Positions 51,557 to 63,000 of a stretch of 64,000 nucleotides of DNA are shown here, in pieces. Origin of the DNA: Candidatus Latescibacterota bacterium (GTDB lineage Bacteria; Latescibacterota; CBDEFO01). Where the stretch lies: assembly GCA_965237525.1 (NCBI GenBank), contig CBDEFO010000001.1, forward strand, positions 32,001 through 96,000. The letters are read 5' to 3'. Below the pieces are notes generated by a model that saw only the letters and a list, made by a program, of their open reading frames with translations, was not told the origin of the DNA and did no database searches. A program made the translations under genes and the position numbers. How positions within the stretch are numbered: the stretch's first letter is position 1; each line of letters starts with the position of its first letter.

Positions 51557-52103
51557 CTTGTACCTCCAGGCTTAACGCATCAGCAAAACAATCGGTTATC
51601 TGTTGATTTGAAAGGATTGACCATACTGATGTGGAGGTGCAAGGGAGTGACATGCCTCTGCAGCCTTCTGCTTTTTAATATGCCCCAAACTGGAATTGCG
51701 CTTAACAGCAAAATATGCACATGGGTAACTTTGCGATCCAATGGCTTGTCACTGCGGATCAATTCTAATAAACTGACAGGTTCTTCATACGTTAGAACGA
51801 CATGGCCAAATTCTTATCATCACGACCCTCTTGGTAAGTGTTGTGATGGAATCTACCAACGAATGATTCAACAATAACGTTAAAGTATATAAGAAGGGAT
51901 TATGTGTCAAGAACTAATCTCTGGACACAGGGCTACTTAATTATCGCGAAAGTGTCGGTTGAGTAGGAGCGAAAGGATGTTCCAAGACCAGGCGAGAGAC
52001 CTGATCAACCCTGTTTGTTGATCTCAATACACCGTCGGCCCCAGTTCGACAAGCTCAAGTCTTGTGTTTAATCAACACCTCGACACTGAGACCGAATAGT
52101 CCT

Positions 52104-52636
52104 TCATAAGACCCTGATGCCATTACCCCTCATTCCTGTGAAGAAATCTATAATGAGCCAAGTCCCTGTCACCACCATCGTCCCCAAGATAAGACCTAAA
52201 AAGAAAGGTCGCGTTTTTGTGAATACTGCAGCGCCGCCGTATTTGATCATCACTTCCTTGATGAACCACGCTAAAAAGACGCTAAGACATTTCTGATTTA
52301 CATAGAAAATGGCGCTGATTACGTAACCGATGGGATGAATAGACCACCATATAAAGCGCTAGCGGATAAAGGTCAAGAGACCCATAACAAATGCTCCTAT
52401 GCCCGTGGATATCCATCCTCCGATATTGGGAGTAAGGGCACCTTCCACCCTTGTAGTTATGTAATCGAAGGGTGCTTGCGGAGCCCCGATGAACCACAAG
52501 TCGTATAGGTTTATTCCGCCTTCTTCGTATGCAAGCTTCAGCACCATCCACATCGATCCTGCCAAACTCACAACGATGGATAACATCATCGCCCAGAAGA
52601 GCGGCCTTCTCTTACCCGCAACCACATTGACCAACT
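52104..52636 (-). pseudogene. 3' remnant of a DUF6785/DUF6784-like membrane protein, truncated by IS3 and with an in-frame TAG at 52359-52361
   Basis: AYEEGG, R*RFIWWSIHPIGY, KYGG, RPFFLGLILG. Confidence 0.65.
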
Positions 52637-52665
52637 TGTACTGCCCCCCAGAAAAGCGACATCAA

Positions 52666-53550
52666 TTAAGCAACTTGGGGTAGCAGATAAAATTGTTTTC
52701 TCCACTCTTCCGGGGTCTTGTATCCCAGAGATGAATGAAGCCTGGTCTTGTTGTAATTATCGATCCACTGAGATATGATCTTCTCAGCCTGTTCAAAGGA
52801 TTCAAACTTGTGAAGCCAAACACACTCTTGCTTGAGGGTCCTGAAAAAACGCTCTACAACACCGTTCCAATCGGGCTTACCACTTGGTATGTATTCCTGA
52901 CGAATTCCCCAATATTCGGTACTCGCCAAATAGGCCCGAGCCAAAAAGATGGAACCATTGTCAGAGCGCAAAGTGAGACCCTGGGGGACAACCTCCTTGG
53001 AAGTGTATCGAGAGATCACGGCCCGATCCAGGGCATCTGTGGCCTCCAGTGCCCTCCCTTTTCGACTAAAACGATACCCAGGAACCTCCCGACTCCCGTT
53101 GTCCACCACCGCAATAAGAGGACACCAACCGTCTTCCCCACAATAGATCTTGGGTCAAGTCAGCCGACCAGAGACTGTCAGGACGATCCATCACAGAACG
53201 CTTCTGGGCAACCTGTGGCCCCTTTCTCCCGGGGTCCCCGATTGATTCTATCGGGGATTCCACAGCTTACACTGCCACCCCTTAAGCTTCATTATCCTAT
53301 GAACCTTCTTGATGTTGACACATGCCCCTTCCTTGAAACGAAGATGCGCCCAAACCCCCCTGTGACCAAATGCCTCTTCTTGGTCGAGTATCCCTCGAAC
53401 ACGAAAAGCAAGCTGTTCATCTATCACAGACTCTTCGACAGAAGAACTGACACCTCTATCCCTAAGCCTATACAGAGTCGAACGATGCAAACCCAAAGCC
53501 AAAGCTACCACCTTACGGGAATAGCCTCGACCAAAAACCGCCCACTCAAG
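52666..53550 (-). pseudogene. IS3 transposase OrfB broken by a 23-bp hairpin insertion (53235-53257) and a +1 C near 53152
   Basis: Three ORF fragments; removing 23 bp gives KLWNPGRKGPQ..WSADLT; removing one C gives KIYCGEDGW..VVDNGSRE. Confidence 0.82.
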
Positions 53551-53875
53551 GCAACCGCTTCGTTTTTTTTAGACGGGCTACCTCCTCGAGTATCTCCAAC
53601 TGGAGGGTTAACTGCCCTACCTTACGCTCCAACCGGCTGACCTCCCGCTCCTTCGGATCCTTGCGACCACGCCGAGACTTCAGACTCTCCTGGCCTCCTT
53701 CTAAGAAACTATCACGCCAGGCATACGCCTGTGACTGGCTAATTCCATTCTTCCGACACACCTCTGATACATCCGCTCTTTTCAAAACAGCCAACACCAC
53801 CTCTACCTTACGGGTCGCCGTCCAGCGCTTACCATCTTTCACTTCGGGGCTTGACAATTTGACCTCCCTTCTCAA
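53546..53875 (-). CDS. IS3 transposase OrfA (HTH)
   Basis: KRWTATRKVEVVL, SEVCRKNGISQSQAYAWR, leucine zipper LERKVGQLTL. Confidence 0.85.
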   Translation of the reverse strand: MRREVKLSSPEVKDGKRWTATRKVEVVLAVLKRADVSEVCRKNGISQSQAYAWRDSFLEGGQESLKSRRGRKDPKEREVSRLERKVGQLTLQLEILEEVARLKKTKRLP

Positions 53876-54045
53876 ACCCCAATTTGCGAAATATTTGTCG
53901 CTCTGTCAAGGGGAACGGTATGACATATTCATTTGTAGTAGTTGTAGAATAGCGGACAACTAACCCGAATTATTCACAAAAAAAGGTCATGTATTAATTA
54001 AGGGATTGTATTATATCATAGTTATGCCGTTTAACCACCTTCGGT

Positions 54046-54166
54046 GTCATTGCGAGCCGAAGGCAAAGCAATCTCGATTCTGTGGTAGATGTGATACTCT
54101 CCGGCTCTCATAGGAGACCACTATAAAACCTTGAGATTGCTTCGTCGCTTTGTTCCTCGCAATGAC
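54046..54166. repeat. Paired GTCATTGCGAG..GCAATCTC / GAGATTGCTTCG..CTCGCAATGAC inverted repeat (MITE/RPE-like)
   Basis: gtcattgcgagccgaaggcaaagcaatctc ... gagattgcttcgtcgctttgttcctcgcaatgac. Confidence 0.75.
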
Positions 54167-54234
54167 TCCACCAAGTTTATGAATTAATCGGGCTAATAAA
54201 GAGTAGTAAAATATAAATATATGATCACAACAAT

Positions 54235-54263
54235 TTGACATAGAGTTAGAATTTTCATATATT
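54235..54263 (+). promoter_or_regulatory. Sigma70-type promoter upstream of the giant surface-protein gene
   Basis: TTGACA-17 bp-TATATT. Confidence 0.55.
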
Positions 54264-54567
54264 GCTGGGCAATAGCTTTTACTGTGTTTCCCTATCCTGA
54301 TCAGAGCAAAAAGCAGATTGGTGGTACGTCAATGGATCGGCTTTGATAGGTAGAAAGTCCATGCGCGTGTTGAAAAGACTAATTAACAGCTCGTGTTATT
54401 TCACCAAGACGCTTATTGCATCGAAAGGGCTTATTGGATAGTTGCTAAATCGTTGCCGATATAAGATATGTAACCACTAATGCGTTTGGACTATGCTCTT
54501 GAGAGTTGACGATTTTAGTCATAAGAACATTGTGGAGATGTACGCCATGAGAAAGGGTCACTTTAAA

Positions 54568-56084
54568 AGCCTTGTGAAAAACCCTTAGATTCAGAAAGTA
54601 GTATAGAACAAGCATTGATAAAGCAGCTCCGATGTATTATATTATGTTATTGATAATATTATACATGGAGGAAACAATGACCCCACAAGAGCAGGAACAG
54701 ACAAATCCGATGTTTCACTATTTTCAGATGGAGGATTTAGTTCCCGAGGATCATATCCTTCGTCAGATTGATGAGGCAGTTGATTTTTCATTTGTACGAG
54801 ACGTTGTATCAGATTGTTATTGCCCTGACAATGGCAGACCCGGTATTGATCCTGAATTAGTTGTTCGAATGATCCTTATTGGCTATCTGTATAATTTGAG
54901 TGAGAATCGGCTCTGTCAGGAAGTGGGGATGCATGCGGCATATCGGTTGTTTTGTCATCAGACATTTGATGATGCGGTTCCGGATAGGAGCACGATCAAC
55001 AAGCTTCGCAATCACAAGTGGGCATCCAGTGGGTTGTTTGAACGGATAATGCGTCAGGTAGTCCAGTGTTGCATAGATGTCGGTCTTGTGAGCGGTAAAC
55101 ACCTTAGTGTCGACGGCACTCAGATACAAGCTGATGCTTCAGTGAAAAGTATTGAGCCGATAGAACCCCCTGTTTCTCTTGATGATTATCTCAAGGGAAT
55201 CGGTTTTGAAGGTGATAAGACAAAGGGTAGGTCCGGGCATCCTCAGGATAAAGACTTTCATGGTGAAAAGTGGACGAACCAAACACACCGTTCGACTACA
55301 GACCCCGACGCGCGCTTATACAGCAAATCGAAGGGCAAAGGGGCTTTTCTCTCGTTTATGGGCCATGATCTGATCGACACAAAAAGCAGAGTAATCCTTG
55401 AGACTCAGGGCACGCAGGCGACAGGGACAGCAGAGCCCGAAAGTGCCCTTAAGATGGTAGATGACCTTGAAACATACACCATGCCCAAAGACATTCAGAC
55501 ACTTAGTGCCGATACCGGTTACGGTTCTGGTAATTTTATCGCTGATGTACTTGACCGGGGAATCATACCCCATATTCCTCTGCGAGCCGATGAGAAGATT
55601 GAACCGATTCCTACATGGAAAAACAAGACAAATCCAGCACATATTCAGGCCGAACGGGATAGAAAAGTGCGAGAGGCGAAAGCCAGAAATCATGCACGGT
55701 CTATCTCATTAACAGCTGACTACAAACTCTCCCGGAGACTCCGTAAACGCAGTGAACATATCTTTGCTGAAGCCAGGCAACAACACGGTATGGGACGAGC
55801 CCGTTACAGAGGACCAGCCTCACTGAATGAACAGTTGAATCTTGTTGCAACAGTACAGAATCTCAAGAGGCTTGTATCTTTCATAAGAAGGGGGAAAGCG
55901 TCTATGTGTGCCCTGCCTGTCAAAGACAGTGCATCCTGTTCTTCAAACAGCTCCTGTTCCTTGCTGACCAGAACTCTGATAAGACTATTTTGCTTATTCC
56001 ACAGCAAAACGATACGATATGCTACTCTTTGACCCATAATCGGCGCTTCAGACGCTGCCTGGGACATAACTATTTCACAAGGCT
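54568..56084 (+). mobile_element. IS1182-family insertion sequence
   Basis: TIR AGCCTTGTGAAA/TTTCACAAGGCT; TTTAAA (or TTAA) target duplicated at 54562-54567 and 56085-56090. Confidence 0.9.
54677..56032 (+). CDS. IS1182 transposase
   Basis: LVPEDHILRQID, GRPGIDPE, VDGTQIQADAS, SADTGYG, EHIFAE..HGM.RARYRG; GGAGG RBS before ATG 54677. Confidence 0.92.
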   Translation: MTPQEQEQTNPMFHYFQMEDLVPEDHILRQIDEAVDFSFVRDVVSDCYCPDNGRPGIDPELVVRMILIGYLYNLSENRLCQEVGMHAAYRLFCHQTFDDAVPDRSTINKLRNHKWASSGLFERIMRQVVQCCIDVGLVSGKHLSVDGTQIQADASVKSIEPIEPPVSLDDYLKGIGFEGDKTKGRSGHPQDKDFHGEKWTNQTHRSTTDPDARLYSKSKGKGAFLSFMGHDLIDTKSRVILETQGTQATGTAEPESALKMVDDLETYTMPKDIQTLSADTGYGSGNFIADVLDRGIIPHIPLRADEKIEPIPTWKNKTNPAHIQAERDRKVREAKARNHARSISLTADYKLSRRLRKRSEHIFAEARQQHGMGRARYRGPASLNEQLNLVATVQNLKRLVSFIRRGKASMCALPVKDSASCSSNSSCSLLTRTLIRLFCLFHSKTIRYATL

Positions 56085-57961
56085 TTTAAAGAGATTCTGA
56101 TTAGCCTCTTGGTAGTTGTCTCTAGTCTATTCGGGATGACTACTTATGCGGATGCTGCCATAACCAGTCAATCCGTTGTGGACGATGTAAATACCGCTCC
56201 GACTCGTGAAGGCGCTGATGTGACGTACGGTGTTGCGACTCTCGGTGTAGCGGCCAATACGGGGCCGGTTTCTGTCCTTAGGGTCGTCCTTCACTCTGAC
56301 TCAACAGCCGAGCAGGTTGACACTATCAGAGTGAACATCAATAGGGTAGACGTGGTTGCTGGAAATATCCCCAGCGTATATGTGGATGGCCTTAATGTGG
56401 ATGCTACCCTTAGCGGCGTTGCCATATACGTGGACGACGGCGACAATGTCTTTGAGAGGGCGGTCGATGACAGTGTAACCGCTACTAGTATCGCTTTTAC
56501 CGATACTGTGGGCGGTGTCGCTGCTGACAGCATTTATACAGTCACCATAGACTTTCCTTCTGTTGGCGACCTGGTCATAAATCCCAACGCCTTGACGCTC
56601 TTTATCGTCGTGAGAGGTGGAGCTGGGTTAGTTGACGGCGATCAGTTTGCGGTCAGCACGAACCTCTCAAACTGGGTATTCAGCAAGGGTTCGGCAGGAA
56701 CTGCTACTAATACGTCTGGTACCACAACCGGCGATGTAACAGCCCCTACTATAGCTGCGGGCAACGCGGTGACTCTGGACGATGACGCCGATGGACTTTT
56801 GGACGGCGCACAGATAACCTGGAGTGAGAGCATCGCCGATGTGACCTTTGCCAACTTTGCCAGTGCCACGGCTACTTTTGACATAACAGCGGGTACTACA
56901 CTTATAGATGCTGGATTAGCCGCTGATGCCGATGGGGACACGGGGGATTTCACGACTGCGAATAGATTGCCCAAAATAGATCCGAACGGTCCTCCTCGCA
57001 CTTCGGATACCATAAACAACATCATCACCTTCATCATCTTTGGGGAAGACACGACACCTGCGACGAAGACCCTCGATGAGCTTAATACGGAGGCGACTCC
57101 CAATTTAGATATGGCTGGGCTTACTGTAACCGACCTTGCAGGCAACCCCATCGACGCTGTTGTCGCACTTGCTTCGATTGACAAAGCCCCTCCTGTCATC
57201 TTCCAGAGCCTCTATCTGGACGCCGACGGTAATGGCAAGATAGATGAGGTGCAGGTCCAATTTTCCGAGAACATTGATCGTGCTGCTTTTGCCAACAACA
57301 ACGGCTGGACTGTCGCTGGGTTTAATTTCAAAGACTTTACCACTGACCCACCTGTCCTCATAAGTGCGGCTTCTTCTGCAGATCCTCCGACTACAGCAAC
57401 TGGAGATACTACAGATGCCGTCAGGCTCCTGCTTAAAGAGAAGACTGACTTCAGCACCGGTATAGATCTCGCAGTAGACCAGGTGACTTACAGCGCGGCT
57501 TTTGGCGATGTAGCAGATCTATCGACTTCGCCTAACGAGCTTGATAACATGTTTGTGGGAACCGCTCCGGAGGTGGACAGAGCCAGTCCGATTTTGATCG
57601 ATGCGAAAACTGGAGACATTATCACTACCCCGCCCGGAGGTCAGATTGATCGATACGTGATTAGATTCACCGAACCTGTGGAAGCGCGAGGTGGAGAAGC
57701 CGACTTTATCCTTTTGGACGACTTTGCGGTTGCCTCTCTGAACGACAACCTAACCAGCACGCTTACTCTTGTAATAAGGGAGACAGGCTTTATCGATACG
57801 GGAATCAGACCCGGGCTCGGCGTAAATATAGACATAGTAACTAGTTCGAATGCAGGTATTGTAGACTTCGCCAAGGATAGGTTAGGAGCGAATGCCTCGA
57901 ACGGTCTGGTTGCTCCTTCAGCAACTACAGTAACCTCTGGCGCAGTTACCTTCAATCTAGT

Positions 57962-59263
57962 GGTTGAATATCAAATGAAATCGGTGCACCTAATTTGATC
58001 TTTGTTTAGAGTATTAGTAGATTAAGTTGAGTTGATTGTCTTAACTTTAATCTACGGAGTCCTATGGACAAAGAGAGATTGGCCGTATTAAGACAAGAAG
58101 TCAACGAGATGTATTTTAAGAAAGAAATGTCAAAGCGAGAAGTTATCAAACAAGCGAGAGTTTCCAATGATTTCGTTACGGCTTGGACTAAATCTCCGGA
58201 TCAGGATTTTGCCATAGATAATCGGGGTTGGCCAAAAGGAAAAAGGCGAAAATTGGCTAAAGTTGACGAACAGAGAATCAAAGAGATTTACCATAGCTTA
58301 GAGGACGATCCTTATCAGTTCTATTCAGGAGCCACTGTTATTGAACAAGAATGGAGGAATCGATATTCTAGCACCCCTCCTCCGTCGTTGCCGACTATCG
58401 GCAGAATGCTTTCAGATTTAGGACTTTCCCAGAGAAGGAAGAAAGGTAAAAACAAGGGTGCATCTCGTTATCTTTGTTATCCAGAGTATACCATTTACTA
58501 TCTTTCAGGAGGCAGAGTCCTAGAATCAGACTTTATTGGTAAAAAGTATCTTACCGGCAGAACTGAGCCGGTCAACTTCGTTGGATTTTCCTTTAAGAAA
58601 GAGCCTAAGTTAAGGTATTTTCGGCGGGTTGACGGTCAAACAGCAACTAACTTTATCGAGAAGTGTCAGTCTTTCTTTGACAGGTTTGAAAAACCAGATT
58701 TCGTTAAGGTGGACAATTGCTCGGCGACTATTGGCAGTGTTTCAGGTAAAAGGAATGTCAGCAAAGCAATGCAGTTTCTCTTGAAAAATCAAGTGATTCC
58801 GATATTTGCCGTTCCCAGAAGGCCCTTTTCTCAAGCATCTATAGAAGGCAACAATTCTGTATTTTCAAGGAAGTTCTGGAACAGAATTCAGTTCAAAAGC
58901 TTACAAGAAGTTGATCAGAAGTTAGAATGGTTTAATCTTTCATCACAGAGATACACCGGCTACCGTCCACCTAAGCAAGAGAAGTCAAACGAGAAAGATT
59001 TCATTCCCAAGACCTATTTTATCAGACAAGTCAAACAGGACACAGAACAGACAGATAAAGCCTTTATCGATGTCCTAAATGAGAAAGTATCTCTTCCCTC
59101 CTCTTACACCAACTACTTTGTCCTGGCTGAATGGAACCTAAAAGAAGAACAATTATACATCCATTTTGAAAAAGAACAGAAACCAAAGATTGTCGAAAAC
59201 CTATCATTCAAGATCAATCAAAGATCGAAAGAGAAGTGCACCGATTTCATTTGATAAATAACC
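57962..59263 (+). mobile_element. IS481-like DDE insertion sequence, copy 2 (1302 bp)
   Basis: Same TIRs as copy 1; perfect 6-bp TSD TCTAGT at 57956-57961 and 59264-59269. Confidence 0.93.
58064..59254 (+). CDS. DDE transposase
   Basis: 396 aa; differs from copy 1 by a single L/S residue. Confidence 0.88.
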   Translation: MDKERLAVLRQEVNEMYFKKEMSKREVIKQARVSNDFVTAWTKSPDQDFAIDNRGWPKGKRRKLAKVDEQRIKEIYHSLEDDPYQFYSGATVIEQEWRNRYSSTPPPSLPTIGRMLSDLGLSQRRKKGKNKGASRYLCYPEYTIYYLSGGRVLESDFIGKKYLTGRTEPVNFVGFSFKKEPKLRYFRRVDGQTATNFIEKCQSFFDRFEKPDFVKVDNCSATIGSVSGKRNVSKAMQFLLKNQVIPIFAVPRRPFSQASIEGNNSVFSRKFWNRIQFKSLQEVDQKLEWFNLSSQRYTGYRPPKQEKSNEKDFIPKTYFIRQVKQDTEQTDKAFIDVLNEKVSLPSSYTNYFVLAEWNLKEEQLYIHFEKEQKPKIVENLSFKINQRSKEKCTDFI

Positions 59264-60024
59264 TCTAGTGCCTGACGCAAAGCGACTCGACGGCGCCCCG
59301 CCCTTGATACAGAGGAGGGCTACAGGAGCTGTCGGCGGTGATGCTGTTGTTACGGGAGACAGCGACAGTGATGGCAGAATCGATCAGGTTGTCGTGGAGT
59401 TTACCGAGATCATGCCAAGCGGTACTGACGTTTATATCGGTGGAGTCACTATCGAAGGCTTCACTATTTCCGCAGCGTCGAGGACACCGGCTGTGACCGA
59501 CGAGGTGGTCTATACACTGGCGGTAGCTACAGGCGATCCACCTAACACCGAAGCTGTGCCTGACTTTTTGTATAACTCAGCGACAGGGGCCATCTTAGAT
59601 CCTGCCGGGCTGGAGTTGGTGGATATCGGAAGTGCTGATGTTACGGAGGTGGATGGAGCAGGACCCGTTCTCGTCTCTGCGGAAGGCAGGGTCGAAAGCA
59701 GAGAATTGTTTGTGAGATTTTCCGAACCCGTTCTCGGCACTGGCACTGGAAGTGACCTAATTGCGGCTGACTTCTTCTATCAGAACAATTTCAACGCCTC
59801 AGTCAATGCTACAGGCATCGATTCTGTGGACAGCGAAGGAGCAGCTACCAATGGAGCCGATGAGTCTGTTATAATCTACGTAAATGAGAATTTTCATATC
59901 CAGGACATAGGAAGCGATGCTATTTCGTTCGCTCCATCGGTTGCAGGCTCAAATCTGAGCCTTGTCACTGATAATGTGTTCAATCGAGCGGCTGTCATCC
60001 TCGTCATGATCTCTCCTCCTAAAC

Positions 60025-63000
60025 TTCTTGTGACATCTATTAATCCCACTTCTGGTACAGCATTGGGGGGTACGCCTGTGACGATAAGGGGGAACGATTT
60101 CCAAAGTGAGGCAACTGTTACTTTCAGGGATAGTGCAGCTACAAATGTAATCGTAGTGTCTGATACCATCATTACGGCTGCGACTCCTTCTCATCCTATC
60201 GGAAGTGTAGACGTGATAGTCACAAATCCTAGTGGTCTGGCAGACACGCTCTTTAATGGATTTACTTTTCTTTCTCATCCTGATGTAACATCTATTGATC
60301 CTGTTTCTGGTACAGAATTAGGCGGTACGTCTGTGACAATATCAGGGAGTAGTTTCCAAAGTGGATCAACTGTTACTCTTGGAGATAGTGCAGCCACAGA
60401 TATAGTCGTAATATCTTCTGATACCATTACTGCTGTAACTCCTGCTCATCCTGCTGGCACTGTGGATGTGATAGTCACAAATCCTAGTGGTTTGGCAGAC
60501 ACGCTCTTTAATGGATTTACTTTTCTTTCTTATCCTGATGTAACATCTATTGATCCTGTTTCTGGCACAGAATTAGGCGGTACGTCTGTGACAATATCAG
60601 GGAGTAGTTTCCAAAGTGGATCAACTGTTACTCTTGGAGATAGTGCAGCGACAGATATAGTCGTAATATCTTCTGATACGATTACTGCTGTAACTCCTGC
60701 TCATCTTGCCGGCACTGTGGATGTGATAGTCACAAATCCCAATGGTCTTTCAGACACACTATCTAATGGATTTACTTTCCTTTCCCATCCTGCTATAACA
60801 TCTATTGATACTGTTCTTGGCACACAATTAGGCGGTACCTCTGTGACAATATCAGGGAGTAGTTTCCAAAGTGGATCAACTGTCACTCTTGGAGATAGTG
60901 CAGCGACAGATATAGTCGTAATATCTTCTGATACGATTACTGCTGTAACTCCTGCTCATCCTGCTGGCACTGTGGATGTGATAGTCACAAATCCCAATGG
61001 TCTTTCAGACACACTATCTAATGGATTTACTTTTCTTTCTCATCCTGCTATAACATCTATTGATCCTGTTCTTGGCACACAATTGGGAGGTACATCTGTG
61101 ACAATAACAGGGAGCGATTACCGAAGTGGATCAACTGTTACTTTTGGAGATAGTGCAGCTATAGATATAGTCGTAATATCCTCTGGTACCATTACTGCTG
61201 TAACTCCTGCTCATCCTGCTGGCACTGTGGATGTGATAGTCACAAATCCCAATGGTCTTTCAGACACACTATCTAGTGGACTTACTTTTCTTTCTCATCC
61301 TGATGTAACATCTATTGATCCTGTTTCTGGCACAGAATTAGGCGGTACGTCTGTGACAATATCAGGGAGTAGTTTCCAAAGTGGATCAACTGTTACTTTT
61401 GGAAATAGTGTAGCTACAGATGTATTCGAACTGTCAGAAAGTATAATTAATGCCACAACTCCTGCTCATCCTGCTGGCACTGTGGATGTGATAGTCACAA
61501 ATCCCAGTGGTCTGGCAGACACACTTTCTGGTGGATTTACTTTTCTTTCTCATCCTGATGTAACATCCATTGATCCTGTTTCTGGTACAGAATTAGGCGG
61601 TACATCTGTGACGATAGTAGGGAGCAATTTCCAAAGTGGATCAACTGTTACTTTTGGAGATAGCACAGCAACAGATATAGTCGTAATATCCTCTGGTACC
61701 ATTACTGCTGTAACTCCTGCTCATCCTGCTGGCACTGTGGATGTGATAGTCACAAATCCCAATGGTCTTTCAGACACACTATCTAATAGATTTGAGTTTA
61801 TTGGGATTCCCCCTGTTGTGACATCTATTGATCCTAATTCAGGCACACAATTAGGCAGTACATCTGTGACAATATCAGGGAATAGTTTCCAAAGTGGATC
61901 AACTGTTACTTTTGGAGATAGCACAGCTACAGATATAGTCGTAGTATCCTCCGCCATCGTCACCGCTAAGACTTCCTCATATCCTGCTGGCACTGTGGAT
62001 GTGATAGTCACAAATCCCAATGGTCTTTCAGACACACTATCTAATAGATTTGCAGATTGGGATTCCCCCTGTTGTGACATCTATTGATCCTCAGGCACAC
62101 TAGGCAGTACATGTGACAATTTATTCCAAAGTGGATCAACTGTTACTTTTCCTAGCACAGCTACAGATTAGTCGTAGTACATCGTCACCGCTAAGACTTC
62201 CTCATATCCTGCTACTGTGGATGTGATAGTTACAAATCCCAATGGTCTGGCAGATACCTATCTAATGGATTTATTTTTATTCCTCCTCTTGTTGTAACAT
62301 CTATTAACCCTAATTCAGACACGCAATTGGGAGGTACATCTGTGACAATATCAGGGAGCGATTTCCAAAGTGGATCAACTGTTACTTTTGGAGATAGCAC
62401 AGCTACAGATATAGTCGTAATATCCTCTGGTACCATTACTGCTGTAACTCCTGCTCATCCTGCTGGTACTGTGGATGTGATAGTCACAAATCCCAGTGGT
62501 CTTTCAGACACACTATCTAGTGGACTTACTTTTCTTTCTCATCCTGATGTGACATTTATTAATCCTTCTTCTGGTACAGAATTAGGCGGTACATCTGTGA
62601 CGATAGTAGGGAGCAATTTCCAAAGTGGATCAACTGTTACTTTTGGAGATAGCACAGCAACAGATATAGTCGTAATATCCTCTGGTACCATTACTGCTGT
62701 AACTCCTGCTCATCCTGCTGGCACTGTGGATGTGATAGTCACAAATCCCAATGGTCTTTCAGACACACTATCTAATAGATTTGAGTTTATTGGGATTCCC
62801 CCTGTTGTGACATCTATTGATCCTAATTCAGGCACACAATTAGGCAGTACATCTGTGACAATATCAGGGAATAGTTTCCAAAGTGGATCAACTGTTACTT
62901 TTGGAGATAGCACAGCTACAGATATAGTCGTAGTATCCTCCGCCATCGTCACCGCTAAGACTTCCTCATATCCTGCTGGCACTGTGGATGTGATAGTTAC

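Larger units (their letters stand above)
52637..53922 (-). mobile_element. IS3-family element, degenerate
   Basis: Imperfect TIRs tgtactgcccccc..agcgaca / tgtcgct..ggggaacggtatg; orfA plus broken orfB with SDNG and ERFFRTLKQE; ends approximate. Confidence 0.85.

Noticed and set aside
52735..53640. 301-aa plus-strand ORF
   Set aside because: Antisense shadow of the IS3 orfB
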